From contig JAUFOQ010000016.1 of NCBI GenBank assembly GCA_040285855.1, forward strand, positions 806,001 to 870,000: a stretch of 64,000 nucleotides of DNA, written 5' to 3'. The position numbers were made by a program, and so were the translations under genes. The notes under the pieces were generated by a model that saw only the letters and a list, made by a program, of their open reading frames with translations, was not told where the DNA came from and made no database searches. The DNA comes from Eukaryota sp. GEM-RC1 (Eukaryota). Positions 33,601 through 43,839 of the stretch are shown here, piece after piece (the stretch's first letter is position 1; every line of letters starts with the position of its first letter).

Positions 33601-36600
33601 AGGAAGTTGTTTAATGATATCAGGAGACGAGAAAATTGGCTCCAAGTACATCCATCCAGTTTGAACTTCAACCCATTCCTCAATGATTAATTGAACTGTT
33701 TTTAATAGAGACTCCCAATTAGCAATTCGATCTTCAAAAGGACCCTTGAAAGGAGAGAAAGACATTGATTGAGTCATTACGATATGATCATCTAGTTGTT
33801 GCATAATGTCTTCTGCTCCTCCCATGATGTAAGTCTTAGTAGCAGCATAGTCCTTGATAAAGAACTCAATACCCTTCCATTCGGAAACCATTTGATCAAG
33901 AGATCGTTCAATGGCGTATTCTTTTTGAGCCTTTGCTGTGACCTTTAGGATTGCTTCAGTGTGTTTAGGAATATCTAGTTCAAAGAGCTTTGTAAGAGTA
34001 AACTCTTCGTCAGGGTTCAAGGGGAAACCTAATACTTCAGAAATCTCTTCCCAATGACGATCTCTCATACCTGGGGAACGGAGAGCAACGATTAAAGGAA
34101 CATGTGGCTGGAATTCTTCGATTTCTTCCTTGACTTGAAGAGCAATCTTCTGACAATCAGGAACGTCTTTGAGTGAACGAACAGTTTTGTTGATTACTCT
34201 AAAGAGATTTCCAACTGTTTTCTCCATGGCTTCTCCATCTAGAGACATCCAAGAATCATTCATCCAAATAGACTTACCATTAACCCAATCGTAAGTGGAA
34301 AGCCAAAGCTCGGAGTAAGGAGCAAAGTTCTTAACAGTGGAGGAGAGCTCTTGGTATTCTGATTGATCAACTCCAAAGAGACCCTCTCTGGTATTGAACT
34401 CACCGACTTTCTCTTCAGCTTGCTTGAGTTGACGTTGAAGTGATTTAACCTCGGCAGCTACTGATTCTACTTGAGAAATGTCAGTCTTGGATACAAAGGA
34501 AGCTACAGAAACAGCCAAAGACTGTAAATGACGGGAGAAAGCAGCTTTACCTTGGTCAAGTTCTTCTTTGAATTGATTCTCAAAGTTCTCAAAGGCAGGA
34601 ATATTGTTGGACATTAGATCTTCAATGTCATGAGGCCAAGAAACAGCTGACCAACGTTGAGTGAAATCATTGTCAGAAACAACAAAATTAAAGGACTCCA
34701 AAGAATCATAAAACAATGACATATCGGATACTTTCTTTTGTAACAGGGGAAGCTTCTTCTTGGTTTCTTCAGTAAACGAACGAAGTTCTGTAAGTTGTTC
34801 GACATTTCTGGGAGGTTTCGACAGCTTGTTATAAACTTCCTTAAACTCAGTACAAATCTCGTTAGCAATCGCTTTACCAGAAGAATTGAGAAGTCCTAGC
34901 GCCAGAGTAGCCAATCTCTTATGTTTTTCTGCCAGATACTTACGTACTGGGACACAATTGACTAGGAAAGAACCCACTTGAACTGAAGGACAGATTTGAT
35001 TCAAGACATCCTCAGCAGCTAAGAAGTGTTTCTGAACCTCCTGTACAATAATGCTTCTATCAATAACTCCTGGCTCATTTCCAGTATCAGCAGGAGCTTC
35101 TGCGTCGGGGTCAACCTCTGGTGGTCTGATTCCACATCGAACTTCGAGATCAACAACAAAATCCTCAGGGTTTAAGCGAATGAACTCAGAATAACTAGAG
35201 TAAACCTGGAGGTATTCATCTAGAGGAATAAGTCCATGGGATAGACTTTTCTCTAGAGAGGCTCTGAACTGAGCAACAGCCTTGTCATTGAGAAGAGGTG
35301 CGTTCAAACAAGGAACTCTGTCGGAGCCATACTTAAACAGTCCACCTAAAACATCATTTTCAATCATGGGAACACTCATCATTGATTGAACTGCTGAATC
35401 GAAAACGGCAAGTGGAACTTCAAGGAGTTTGGAAACGGGAGTCATGTAAGCAACACATCCATTGGATTCATTAATGGAAAGATCCAATGTAAAGATTGGG
35501 AAAAGTTGACCCAATAGAGAATCCATAGTAACGGGGTCTAGAATTATAATGTCAGAAGGGGAATTAATCAAAATTGATGGGGACATTGCTTTGGAAAGCC
35601 AAGCAACATATCTTTCCAATGAATTCTCAACTAAAAACCTAATATTATCCTGCATACGTAGTCGAATCATGGTTAAAAACCTCTTCAGTCTAGAAATCTT
35701 GTATATATCCACAGACAAACTCTGAAGAGAATACCAACCTTGCTTAACTTGAAGCAAATTATTACGAATTCCAGTTCTTACATTCATTGCCCACACATCC
35801 TTCACATACTTCACTGCATTATTCTTGGCAGCTTCTTGAGTCTGTAGGAAACCTTCAACTGCAAGGGGTCTGCTGATAGAATAAGTAAACAAACTTTGCT
35901 TCAAAACCTTAGTACACTCGGTAATAGTAAGAAGAACAGAAGCAACGACCTGATTCTGAGTTAAAAACGTGTGATACTTGAACTGACCAGCTAAATCATC
36001 AAAGGAATACTTGGGAAGAAGAACACACCCGTGTTCAGGGATAGGTTCGGGTTCACTGGGGTCTGGCAGGGGGTCCGAGTTAGCAAAGAGATAGGAAAGC
36101 GAGGGATCTGAACGAGAGATGTCGAAAAGTTGTTTGTTGATGGATCTGGCATACTCTAGCTTGACTTCTTCCATACACTCATTTAGCACTGGTTCAACAA
36201 GAGGAGAGTTGGTATCATGGCGGTGAAGAGCAGCAAGGATTGGCTTTTTAAAGAGGAAAGGTTCTGTTGTGAAGTCATCTACAGGCATGTTTTCAACGTA
36301 GAGTTTGTATCGGATGACTGCTTCTGAGTGGTTACGGAGAGCGTAGGCTTGAGCGATGCGGTCACAGAAGAGGAAAGGATTTTCACCAATGACCCAGACA
36401 AAGAGACGGTGGAAGTCTTCAGTGGATGAGGTATCAGGGAAGAATACAGAGAACTTGGAAAAATCTTCAGGAATGGAGTAGACTCGACCTTGGGCCCATT
36501 CGTATAGTGAGGAGGTGGTATTGTAGCGGAGAGCCTTGACGGGAAGATAGGGTTTACCCTCCTTGTCTTTAAGTTGTAACTCAGCATATTCTGAAGGAGG

Positions 36601-36906
36601 ACGTTCTTCATAACTTAGATCATCAAAAATATGCAAGGGGAGATAGTGTTTGACAGAAGGATGATGTTTTAAGAAACGAGCAAGAACTGAGGAGCTAGAA
36701 AGATCTTCGTCGTCTGGTATGAACGTAACGAGTTCGTCATTGTTCGGTATGTTGTGAAAAACAGCTCGTTCTTTAAGTAAAGAATCGATGTTTTGAGAAA
36801 GATACAGACGTCGTTTTCGTTCCATAAGAACTCTGCGAGGAATCTGTCCCGGAGGAGTTGTAAAAGGTGCATAAACCTTAGGGTCTATGATCTCTCCAAG
36901 AACCAT
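24607..36906 (-). CDS. DNAH1: Axonemal inner-arm dynein heavy chain, DNAH1-like
   Basis: 4099-aa intronless ORF; P-loops GPAGTGKT, GPTAGGKS, GDTGTGKT, GVGGSGRQ; C-terminal HWIKRGVAL; N-terminal PGQIPRRVLMERKRRLY resembles DNAH1 (subfamily less certain than family). Confidence 0.9.
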   Translation of the reverse strand: MVLGEIIDPKVYAPFTTPPGQIPRRVLMERKRRLYLSQNIDSLLKERAVFHNIPNNDELVTFIPDDEDLSSSSVLARFLKHHPSVKHYLPLHIFDDLSYEERPPSEYAELQLKDKEGKPYLPVKALRYNTTSSLYEWAQGRVYSIPEDFSKFSVFFPDTSSTEDFHRLFVWVIGENPFLFCDRIAQAYALRNHSEAVIRYKLYVENMPVDDFTTEPFLFKKPILAALHRHDTNSPLVEPVLNECMEEVKLEYARSINKQLFDISRSDPSLSYLFANSDPLPDPSEPEPIPEHGCVLLPKYSFDDLAGQFKYHTFLTQNQVVASVLLTITECTKVLKQSLFTYSISRPLAVEGFLQTQEAAKNNAVKYVKDVWAMNVRTGIRNNLLQVKQGWYSLQSLSVDIYKISRLKRFLTMIRLRMQDNIRFLVENSLERYVAWLSKAMSPSILINSPSDIIILDPVTMDSLLGQLFPIFTLDLSINESNGCVAYMTPVSKLLEVPLAVFDSAVQSMMSVPMIENDVLGGLFKYGSDRVPCLNAPLLNDKAVAQFRASLEKSLSHGLIPLDEYLQVYSSYSEFIRLNPEDFVVDLEVRCGIRPPEVDPDAEAPADTGNEPGVIDRSIIVQEVQKHFLAAEDVLNQICPSVQVGSFLVNCVPVRKYLAEKHKRLATLALGLLNSSGKAIANEICTEFKEVYNKLSKPPRNVEQLTELRSFTEETKKKLPLLQKKVSDMSLFYDSLESFNFVVSDNDFTQRWSAVSWPHDIEDLMSNNIPAFENFENQFKEELDQGKAAFSRHLQSLAVSVASFVSKTDISQVESVAAEVKSLQRQLKQAEEKVGEFNTREGLFGVDQSEYQELSSTVKNFAPYSELWLSTYDWVNGKSIWMNDSWMSLDGEAMEKTVGNLFRVINKTVRSLKDVPDCQKIALQVKEEIEEFQPHVPLIVALRSPGMRDRHWEEISEVLGFPLNPDEEFTLTKLFELDIPKHTEAILKVTAKAQKEYAIERSLDQMVSEWKGIEFFIKDYAATKTYIMGGAEDIMQQLDDHIVMTQSMSFSPFKGPFEDRIANWESLLKTVQLIIEEWVEVQTGWMYLEPIFSSPDIIKQLPQEYKRFQTVDLTWRKLLGEAHKNPDVLSYCQGSDLLKKFKDSNVLLSQVQKGLSQYLESKRAVFARFYFLSDDDLLKILSQTKDPTAVQPHLKKCYENIHKLRFEGSDNLMTAMFSAENECIEFVSPIKPTLLVENWMCDIENMMRSSVRNQIEIALKSYFELPRTEWVRKFAGQVVLAVDMIVWTMEVEDAIEKNELPQLLEKLGKQLTDITFLVRGDLSVLDTLTLGALITLDVHARDVVKNLIECDVSNKGDFEWLSQLRYYWRPDDKDKDNVFVEIVQTVAPYCYEYLGNTARLVITPLTNKIYMTLMGAIALHMGGAPAGPAGTGKTETTKDLAKALANQCVVFNCSDGLNYLAMEKFFKGLAMAGAWACFDEFNRIDIEVLSVIAQQLSTIYTAVKERQARFVFGGTDIPLNPNFACFITMNPGYAGRTELPDNLKVLFRPVACMVPDYALIAQIRLFSFGFTQSQSLSTKMVSTFKLSSEQLSSQYHYDFGMRAVNTVISAAGNLRRQDLEMSEEHVLLRALTDCNVPKFLADDIPLFKGIISDLFPGVKPVEVDYGPLLVAIKESITDLNLQPNEGFITKVIQLWETIILRHGLMLVGPTAGGKSCCYKVLQCALGKLAGTDDKYQKTKTHVLNPKSITSEQLYGGRDKNTQEWFDGVLANCIRKAAEDTSPDYNWIICDGPVDAVWIENMNTVLDDNKKLCLNSGEIIPLTPQMRIMFEVEDLAQASPATVSRCGMVYLDPKSTVPIEVLFQSWLNTLPENCMQFKERVSELCNSVLDPTLVFVKKQCIELVPAVTSNLIQSCFRIFDAFLQKYQPLDELNPVPVEDLERLPSVIDSIFIFSCVWSLGATIIDKSQPKLDSFLRECISTHSIKADVPTEGTIFEYLFDDEQNQWVTWLSTVPPFEIPEKARFSEMIVPTPESIGYQYLIKILASNGSHVLCSGDTGTGKTVQITDLLSNQMETKFTPSFMNFSAQTSANMTQDIIDSKIERRRAVYYGPPLGTKMVVFIDDLNMPKLEKYGAQPPIELIRQFMDYGGWYDRKDLYMRYLVDVQFITAMGPPGGGRNPVTNRLLRHFNILNFVDLSSKSLNQIFNKIVGWYLDKPDFSDELRSLRDSVVSATVDLYHDVSSSLLPTPARSHYTFNLRDLSKVIQGMLMADPKALESKNSLIRLWAHECQRVFMDRLINDEDRTAFSEIVYKTVQNQFDINFDDVATSSRLIYGDFLGSGSEPRKYKEIQSVPTLIKRVRDYLEDYNLVSQQAMNLVMFQNAVEHVTRIVRVLRQPYGNLLLLGVGGSGRQSLTRLASFICEYNVIQIEIAKGYGIDQFREDLKKVLFECGLELKSTVFLFTDAQIVVEEFLEDINNILNSGDVPNIFDINELETIYQAMLPVCQAKKIIPNKLNLYAAFKSRVRENIHVVLCMSPMGEAFRSRLRMFPSLVNCCTIDWFTEWPGEALESVAASVFSESKLIGRPKNCTPEQANEIEANEVILRQGVVKMCVAIHQTVEKMSIRYREELRRYNYVTPTSYLEVLSTFNDLLKEKGTEIRQGKSRLLVGINTIIRTSAEVDVLRDELEKLVPQLKKQSAETDEMITQINKDNEAAAITRAAVAEEEAEAAAKAEEVRSVKESAEEDLAEAIPILESARESVQCLKIKSIQEVANYKSPPAGVKLVMQAICVMLGIRPNRINDPSGVPGKKIDDFWTPSKSLLSNAKGLMDSLLEYNAEEIAPSTIKAITPFIDDPGFNPETIQKVSEACKSMCQWVIACYKYNTVFKTVEPKRIKLAEAKAELAVTEKALAAKKAELQEVEESIAKLQRLLDEKLKVKEALQTNVESSQIKMARATKLLDSLGSEKERWEATVKDFDEQETNLVGDVMLSAGYVAYLGAFTAEFRESMANSWKESLREYQIPYSSNYTLITTLGDPVQIRSWLVDGLPTDNLSIENAIIMSKAKRWPVMIDPQGQANRWIRNAYKDIGFDIVKLSDRDFNRKLENGVRFGRAILLENVGEDFPPSLEPLLLRSTFKEGGTEMIKLGDQTIAYHSDFRLFITSKMPNPHYAPETSVKVTLLNFTITMGGLEDQLLSKLVIEEKPELEQMRAKLIKDNAQMAKELRTIEDDMLKVLVETPQEELLESDEAINILSNSKEVASKIKEKVAEAAITEKEINNTRLEYLPVADLCATLYFCVIDISNIDPMYQYSLQWFMNLFVKGIHSAEKDDDIKQRLQNLNDYLTYSLYENICRSLFERHKLLFSFLMTIRIEQKAGNINPMEWRFLISGGSLTSMPLECPGGWVTKEMWAEICNLGELETFKNFAQSLLDNLSDWQRVFDSNDAHKEPLPEPYSGLDCFKRLLIMRCIRSDKVVEAVQEYVTAILGRKYIIPPTFDLASSFRDSSALSPLIFVLSAGADPAGDLFDFADKMRMRSKLANVSLGQGQGDKAAELIQAAASQGHWVLLQNCHLASSWMSTLEAIVEQMDPDKVRPEFRLWLTSMPSKAFPVTILQNGVKMTNEPPMGLRANLLRSWSNYDDTFLEHPTNPNEFRKQLFGLSLFHATVTERRKFGALGFNIPYEIAPGDLSVCVRQLHIFLEKYREVPFKVLKFLTAQINYGGRITDGLDKRTINTLIEDFVNDGVLQEGYKFSSDGEFRTIDANTNEEYCDYLRNLGLNTSPEVFGLHSNAAITCAQNETFAMFEQLLLMQPRATGAVKGLSREEVIETTTRTILSELHDVYDLESITEKYPVLYEESMNTVLIQEVIRYNRMLQVMKNSLSDLLKALKGEVVLSAQLEEMSSSIFNNQVPSLWAAVAYPSLKPLMSWIVDLKNRLLFIDNWVENGIPNVFHISSFFFPQAFLTGTLQNYARKHVVSIDTVSFAFNVLEKKPHEITEKPEDGCYIYGLFLEGAGWSAEEHSLVESSPKELFTEFPVLHLCPVPNRPKPETGIYDCPMYKTLARAGTLSTTGHSTNYVVSVEIPSKEDQSHWIKRGVALFCALKF

Positions 36907-37349
36907 GTTTGATGGCGGAAATTATGATGAGACTTTATTTTTGGCAAAGAGTCTACAAACTTTTGTTCTCCTAACTTAGGAGTCCTAAGTATATACTCTA
37001 GATTTGTATAAACTGTACTTATCAGTCGTAAATGAAGATAGATACATCCATCACTTGAAAAATACATTCTTTAAATGCACATGTATTTTGTATCGCAGCT
37101 TAATCCAAATTGACAGTAATTGACTGTGAACTTAAGACAACTGGTATGCATTGAAGAAAAACATAGTACATATCGATACTTGAAGTTGAGTTTAGTGAAT
37201 TACACATACAGTACTTTCTGTTCTGTAACAGATATAATTTAACGACCTCTAAAGACACAAAGAGAACCTAGCATTCTAGAAAAGAATTCAACATTAAATA
37301 TTAACCAGACTAAATAAATACATTTGCAACAAAATCAATAGACAGTCTG

Positions 37350-37958
37350 TCATCGTCTTCTGAGACGATAGAATCGATACCTGCACTGAATGTCAGTACG
37401 GTTATCCAAATGATTAGAGATAAGACGCCAGTTTCCAACACCATGTTCTTTGGTTGCTGCAAGTAGTAGTTGATCTTCATCGGCTGTCCAACGTCCTAAA
37501 GTAAGTCAAAATATTGAGAAAATACCTTTCTTGATGTCCATTCGAAGGACACGGTGATAACGTTGACTACATTGGTCACTAGTCTTTCCTCCAACACGAT
37601 CAGCGATAACTTTCCAACCTCTCCAGTCATTTGAATTTTGAGCGGATTCAACAGCTTCTAGCAAGACTCTATCTTCCTGTTCCGTCCAAAAGTTGTTTCT
37701 TTTGCGTCGATATTGAGGAAGATCTTGATACACATCATTTTTTGAAACAGAAGGTGAATAATCTCGTGGTAGAGACTTTGCAGGTAGTTGTGGTGTTAGG
37801 ATCTTCAGGTTGAGGTTGTCCAACGGAAGTTCTTCCGAAGATCCCTCCATAAACGACTTCAAATGATTATATGCTAGCACTAGACGTGACGTAGGACCCA
37901 GAATCAAGTCAATCACAGCATCTGAATGTGGAATTGCGTCGAAAGGATCGTTGCCCAT
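37350..37958 (-). CDS. Two-repeat Myb/SANT transcription factor, copy 1
   Basis: WTEQED...W..IA...KTSDQCSQRY; intron 37496-37525 restores KKGRWTADED...W..IS...RTDIQCRYR. Confidence 0.88.
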
Positions 37959-38366
37959 ACTTTACAGCGGATTAACTTTACAGTTTTTCTCAAACTACAG
38001 ATTCCTTCTCTACAATAGTTCCATTGCTTGATCCTTTGGATATACATCATCTTTCTTATCAGACACAGAAGCTCTCTGACTCAGTTTTGTTTGTTGTTAT
38101 CTGCTTTCGAAATGACGACATGCAAACAATGTTCTTTGACAAACACTGCATTGTCATCACTGATTTCTGTTAATGTTATTTTGTGATATTGGTATTACCA
38201 TGATCAATCTATTTCTTGACGTTGTTTTCAGTTGGTGACAGTTACAACTAGATCTTCTGCGTTTCTCATTCTCTTTCCACTTAGCTACTTCTCTTGTTAG
38301 CTGTATCGTGGATTTCTTTTAAAGATACTCGAAACTACCAGATTAAACACATTTCATCACTCACTT

Positions 38367-40314
38367 TTATATCAAATTGAGAAATTTGAACATAAAAACG
38401 AGACATAAACTCAAACAGGAAAGCCAAGAGAAAAACAATCGAGATTTCACCGTCATTTTCTTCATGATTACTAGGGAAACAACAAGAACATAAAACAGAA
38501 ACAAACCAATGGTCAAAAGATAAGGAATCAGCAACGCAACCCTTAACTGAAAGGGATACTCAAACAACAATAAGGGCACACCCATTCCTGGCGCTTGAGG
38601 AATAACTGAAACAATCAAGAGAATTATGAGAAGAAGATACAAGGCAGACAACGTAGAGAAATATATCTTTAGAACTCTAGAATTGATTGAGGAGACAATG
38701 TCAATAAAAGATCTTCCAAAAGAAGTCATTCGAATGCTATACTCTTTAACTAGAAGTGGTTGTCTAACATCAGAGAGACATCTAAAGACTCAGATGCATT
38801 GTGTCTCTTCCTATTGATGAACCAAACAATGGGAGTCAACAAAAAGAAACCAGTATTCAAAACCAAGATCAATAACAATACGGCTGATGATTGCAGGAAT
38901 GACACACGGATGTAATCCATGGGCATCTCAATAGAAAGCAGTGAATGACCATTAGTTGAAGTTGAAAAGTAGATTCGTTCAAAAGAAACTGATACATTTG
39001 AGAATCTGTTAACAAAAAGGTTACTGTCTTTTGGGTGGTGAACATAGCTATTTCCAAGCATTACTAAACATCCACTCTTATCAACAGAAACCGACACTCT
39101 CATAAAGAGAGCAACAATCTTGGCTTCAGTTGAGAAGGAAGATCTTAAAGGGTGATACTGACCGGAAAACTTCTTGGAGATCTTGGCATCACACTTCCTC
39201 AGTTGTTCATCGTCAAAACTTTGAGGAAAGAACTTGTCCATGAACAGAGAAAACACCTTGTAGTGCTCATTTCCAGTCCCACCGTTAAATGAAACAAAAA
39301 GCCAAGATTCAAGGATTTCACCAGGTATAATCCTGAATGGAAGTTCATAGTGTTACCTCCATGTTTTAAAACTCGATGACCATTGATAGAATCTTCCATG
39401 AACCCAAAAGCCATCCCACTCATAAACTGTGAAGCAGAAAAGTGATGTTCATGCATCAATTCAATAGTTTCGGGTTTGAAGATTCTAATATTATTAAATG
39501 TACCATTATTTAAATGCATTAACATGAACTTTGACATGTCTAGAGCTGTAGTAGTCAAAGCACCAGCTGGAGAACCAGGAATGAGCTCAAATGGAGCTTG
39601 TACCCATTCATTTCCAAGTTTTCTGTAGACTTGGGTCATAAAGGGCAATAACTTTCCAGATAATGGTTGCTCAAAGGTAGACATTGACATTGAAAGCGGT
39701 GAAAAGAAGGTCTCTTGAAGGTAGTCATTAAAAGACTTCTTCGTTACTCTTTCTACAATATAACCAGCTAGAGCAGTGGCATAGTTGCTATAAGCAGAAG
39801 CTTCATTGGTAGCAAATACTCGTTCTGGCAAGAATTCTTTACAATACTTCTCCAGAGAGATAAGTCTGTCAGCAGAAAGGACAAACAAATGATCTGATTG
39901 ATCTTCAAAACCTGAACGGTGTAACAAGATGTGACGAAGAGTAATTGTACCATGTTCTTGGGACCAAAGACTGTCATTGGGAATGGAAAAGTCTAGGTAG
40001 TTGTTAATGTCTTCATCCAGATCAATTAGACCTATTTCATACAGTTTCATGATAGCAGACCAAGTGAAAAGTTTAGAAACTGAGCCTGGGCGAAATAGGC
40101 TGAGGTCTGGAGAGGTAAGAGTATGAAGATCTTGCTTCCCGAATCCCTTCTTGAGCAAGAGTTGCCCTTCGTAGACAATGGATAGGGTAGCAGCTCCAAT
40201 ATCGTGTTCGCTTAATTGAGAGTTGATAACTCCATCCAAGAAGATTTCAGCACTGTTTAAATCTAAGGAAAGACAAGAAAGGAAGATCGAAAACAAAATT
40301 ATGAGACTTTTCAT
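38367..40314 (-). CDS. Serine beta-lactamase/PBP-like hydrolase with signal peptide and C-terminal TM helices, copy 1; two apparent -1 frameshifts
   Basis: SxxK (GSVSK), YxN (YSNY), HGGN; breaks at 39296-39300 and about 38784-38786. Confidence 0.8.
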
Positions 40315-40462
40315 AAGTGATCGGTGTTTGCTTGTAGCAAATGAATCAAACGGAAAGTGTTAACCAGTACTGTCAGTATACGTCATAGAGTTTATTCTCT
40401 TGAACTACATTGAATGGTGTTGTCAATCAGCTGTTACTGGATATTTATTTCAACTATTGTAC

Positions 40463-41258
40463 TTACAACTCGTGATCCATATCATTGTCCATATCATTGT
40501 CCATATCATTGTCCATATCGTTATCCATATCATTCTTGGGTTTCTTTGCAAAACAGGGTTCATCAGTTCCATGACATACCATGGGATCCTGCCAGAATTT
40601 ACAGTAACTACAAGGAGGACAAACAGTTTTGGGTAAGAGCTTGATACACCAATCAGGAAGGCGGAGATGGAGTTTTTGTTGAGGCTTCTTCTTCATGTGC
40701 TTGGCCACAGTCAATTCTAGGTCCATTTCAAGGAATTCAGTGTCTTCTTCCTTCATTCCAATAGTACCCTTGTAAACCATCCATTTGCGGAAAGATGACA
40801 ATTTGAGTTCCACTTGGTCCTTGGAGTCAATGGTTCCCTTTACGTGATAACTGGAACATGAATCTGTGGAGAGTTCGCCCATTATTCCTCCTTTTCCATC
40901 AAAAGTTAGTTGAGCTTCAACTCCTTCCTTCGAGTATTGATGACTCTTTTGCCATGAACAGTCTTCTTATAACCGAACCATAGTCCGTGACCTTCCAAAA
41001 CATCAAAGCGGCGATCAGACCAGGGATAGCGGGGGCAAATAGGACTTCCATCACAGGGGATGTCCAATCCTTGGCAAACTGGGATATCTAACCAAGTCTT
41101 GCAGTAAGACTCAGAATCAAACATCTGACAGAACTCATCACCAATGAGAGGTTCATCTATGTGGTGCTTGTTCTTTTCACAAGATGCGAGAACAGTATAG
41201 ACAAATACAGTTCTGGAGTGAGACTTATATAGACATACACTAGTAGTAGGAGCTTCAT
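40463..41258 (-). CDS. Secreted/ER protein ending (DMDN)n-DHEL, copy 1; 1-nt deletion at 40947-40950
   Basis: Inverted copy of the intact gene at 46942..47726. Confidence 0.7.
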
Positions 41259-42131
41259 GTTACAAGAGTGTTGTCATTGATGGAAGAGGTGCTCTTTTAA
41301 GGTCAAACTGTAGACATGTCACAAGTGACACTTTCATGATTTGACATTGTTAGTGTTGTTGCTCTTTATTGGAGCCCTTCAATTGTAAGGAAATCTTGAT
41401 GTTCTAAAGAAGTCTTTACATCGAATGTCCTGAGTTGAAGGACGTCGCTGTACTAAAACAAACAAGTTCCCAATACAAAGTGTAGTGAATACTATACATA
41501 ATTGTCTTCACCATTTAATTCATTAACTACACGTTAATGACAGTGATGGACCATAAGAGGTCTTGGCCAACAACCGAAAGTTAGTCATTAGGATCACAGT
41601 ACTTTGATTGGCAATCTTTGAAAACATCTATCAGATCTTGCTGATCTACTCAACAATGATTGGCTTGGATTGGTTGAATTCAGCTGCGAATCAGAACAAT
41701 TGATGTGAACCATATTTTAAAAATTGTTTGTACGACTCTGTTCTATAGATCAAAATACAAATATATGTATATTAACCTGCATTGCTGTTCAGGTGCGTTC
41801 TTCTGAAATAGTGTAGAAAGAATCCATTGCTTGGTCAATGCTTAGTAAATCAAAGCTTGGTCTATTTTATTTAAATATTTTTTAGCAGGCCCTGTGATGT
41901 TCGCACATCGATTATTACTGAGTGGACGAATTTCAAACTTTAGTATCCAGACTTGAGGTTTCGCACGAATGCCTGTTTCAAATGTTTACTGAAAAAAATT
42001 CCCGTTATAGGGTTCCTTGGAAAAAAAATCAATGTAAACAGTGTTGTATTCAGTATTCACGTTTTTATACACGATCACTGTGTCAAACATATATAGTATA
42101 GTTGAAACAATACTGCTCGTGTAGTTGTTCC

Positions 42132-43034
42132 TCAATAATTCTTTGAACAGTCAATAATTCCGAAACGATTAATTAACTGTCTTCGTATTGAGCTCTTATT
42201 TCTCCATTGATGTAAAAGAAGCAGTTCATTGCCTCTCGGATAGTAAACCTTGTTTTGGCTTCGATCAAACACATGGTTTGTACACATAACAACCCCAAAT
42301 CTTGACTCTATCATAGATCGACCTCTCACTGTCACATTGTTTTGTTGGAATCTTCCGGTGTAGTAGGCAGTGTTTAAAATGCTCATATCGACTCCATACT
42401 GGTTTTGCTTCTGATAAGAGAGTTCTGGATGTAAATCCGTCATAACATTTAATGCTCTGATGGATTGTGTTACGCCACCACCAATAACTCCACAGTTGCC
42501 AATGCTTTGATTTCTGAACTGGTTCAGTACACTTTTCCCAAAGGTACGTATAACCCAATTGGGGTTACTGCCTTGATGACTGTACAAGTGATCTGCATTA
42601 CAGCCCTCAAAAATGAAAAAGAAACTGTCTGAATCAATATGTGGGAATATATCACCCAATAAAACAACATCACGTGCATCAACCATGACTACCTTGTTTA
42701 CCTTGTCAAAGTTCTCCTCCAACCAGTCCTTGAAGTAATAGAATCGGTCCATGAGCAACCCCTTTTCATTGAAACTTCTCTTCACAGTAACTACATTTGA
42801 TTCTTGTAAGTAATTCAAAAAGTAGCTGTCTTTGGGGTCAGTAAAGTACTTGGATTCAAGAAAAGCGACTAGAATAGAGTCGTCTCCTGATTTGACCCAA
42901 GATGACACAAGACTTGCAGTGTAACACAATGGATCTTCAGTGTGTGAAACTGCTGTTAAGATGTAATTCATTGTTTCACATGTACCACTCGAAAAACAAA
43001 TAGCGAACAATAAGCATGACAGTTTGAATATCAT
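42132..43034 (-). CDS. Putative glycosyltransferase-like protein with signal/anchor
   Basis: N-terminal hydrophobic segment; RFYYFKDWL...VVMVDARDVV (DxxD), NCGVIGG, LLHQW. Confidence 0.55.
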   Translation of the reverse strand: MIFKLSCLLFAICFSSGTCETMNYILTAVSHTEDPLCYTASLVSSWVKSGDDSILVAFLESKYFTDPKDSYFLNYLQESNVVTVKRSFNEKGLLMDRFYYFKDWLEENFDKVNKVVMVDARDVVLLGDIFPHIDSDSFFFIFEGCNADHLYSHQGSNPNWVIRTFGKSVLNQFRNQSIGNCGVIGGGVTQSIRALNVMTDLHPELSYQKQNQYGVDMSILNTAYYTGRFQQNNVTVRGRSMIESRFGVVMCTNHVFDRSQNKVYYPRGNELLLLHQWRNKSSIRRQLINRFGIIDCSKNY

Positions 43035-43244
43035 TTTCAGCAAGCAATTAGGGATCAAATAATGTTGAATCGGTTAGCAGATCATCAGTGAAGGTTAGTG
43101 TATCTTCTGCTGTAGGAAGATGCATCGTCCAAAAGTGAACAAAACCACTAATAGCACTGGTCATTTGATGTCTTTCATTGGTATTGATGAAGTAAACAAT
43201 CTGATGTTATGATGAAGAATAATTTTTGGTCACTCATAAAAAGA

Positions 43245-43317
43245 TGCTTCAAGTGAGGATCGAACTCACGGCCTCATGATTATGAGTCATGCGCGCTACC
43301 GACTGCGCTATTGAAGC
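43245..43317 (-). tRNA. tRNA-Met(CAT), elongator type
   Basis: Cloverleaf GCTTCAA-TA-GCGCAGTCGGTAGCGC-G-CATGA-CTCATAA-TCATG-AGGCC-GTGAG-TTCGATC-CTCAC-TTGAAGC-A, followed by a T-run. Confidence 0.95.
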
Positions 43318-43839
43318 ATATGAAAAGAGTCATTCACATAGTCTGATAACGGTATATCAGAAACCGGCAACAATTTATTGGTATTGCAATAAATTGGAAC
43401 TGGCACTAGTAATAGTTTTTATTGATTGCAACCCGTTATGCAATACTGTTTTAATAGCAATATATTGGCAATAATTCTGTCTTGTAAAATGTGCCTACTT
43501 TTTGAAGATTAAATGTTTCAGAAGTCTTCAAGATGTACATTTTTCAAAATTGGCTTGATCAAAGTAAAGTATCATAAACAGCAACATCCTTTGGAAGCAG
43601 TTTGTGCTTCATAGATTTGACCAATGGGTAGACAGAAATAAGCTAGATGTTATTGCTGAACCTTTGTTCCGTGATTGAAGATGGTCTTGTTACGGTGTGT
43701 ATTTGAACTTTATCATGTGATCAGTTTGAGTCAATAACGTTAAACACTTAGTAATATTTGATCTCAACTTCAGTCACTTTCATAGGTGTTTTTTGATGAT
43801 TTTATTGGTCCAATTGATTACAATGTATCGGACCAATAC

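Larger units (their letters stand above)
37295..41428. repeat. Left arm of ~4.1 kb inverted segmental duplication
   Basis: Near-identical reverse complement of 46768..50900, same three genes. Confidence 0.93.

Noticed and set aside
24633..37067. Many short ORFs overlapping dynein
   Set aside because: Alternative-frame and antisense shadows of a long coding sequence.
41885..41925. Possible C/D box snoRNA (gtgatg...ctga)
   Set aside because: Imperfect C box, too short, and no rRNA complementarity recognised.
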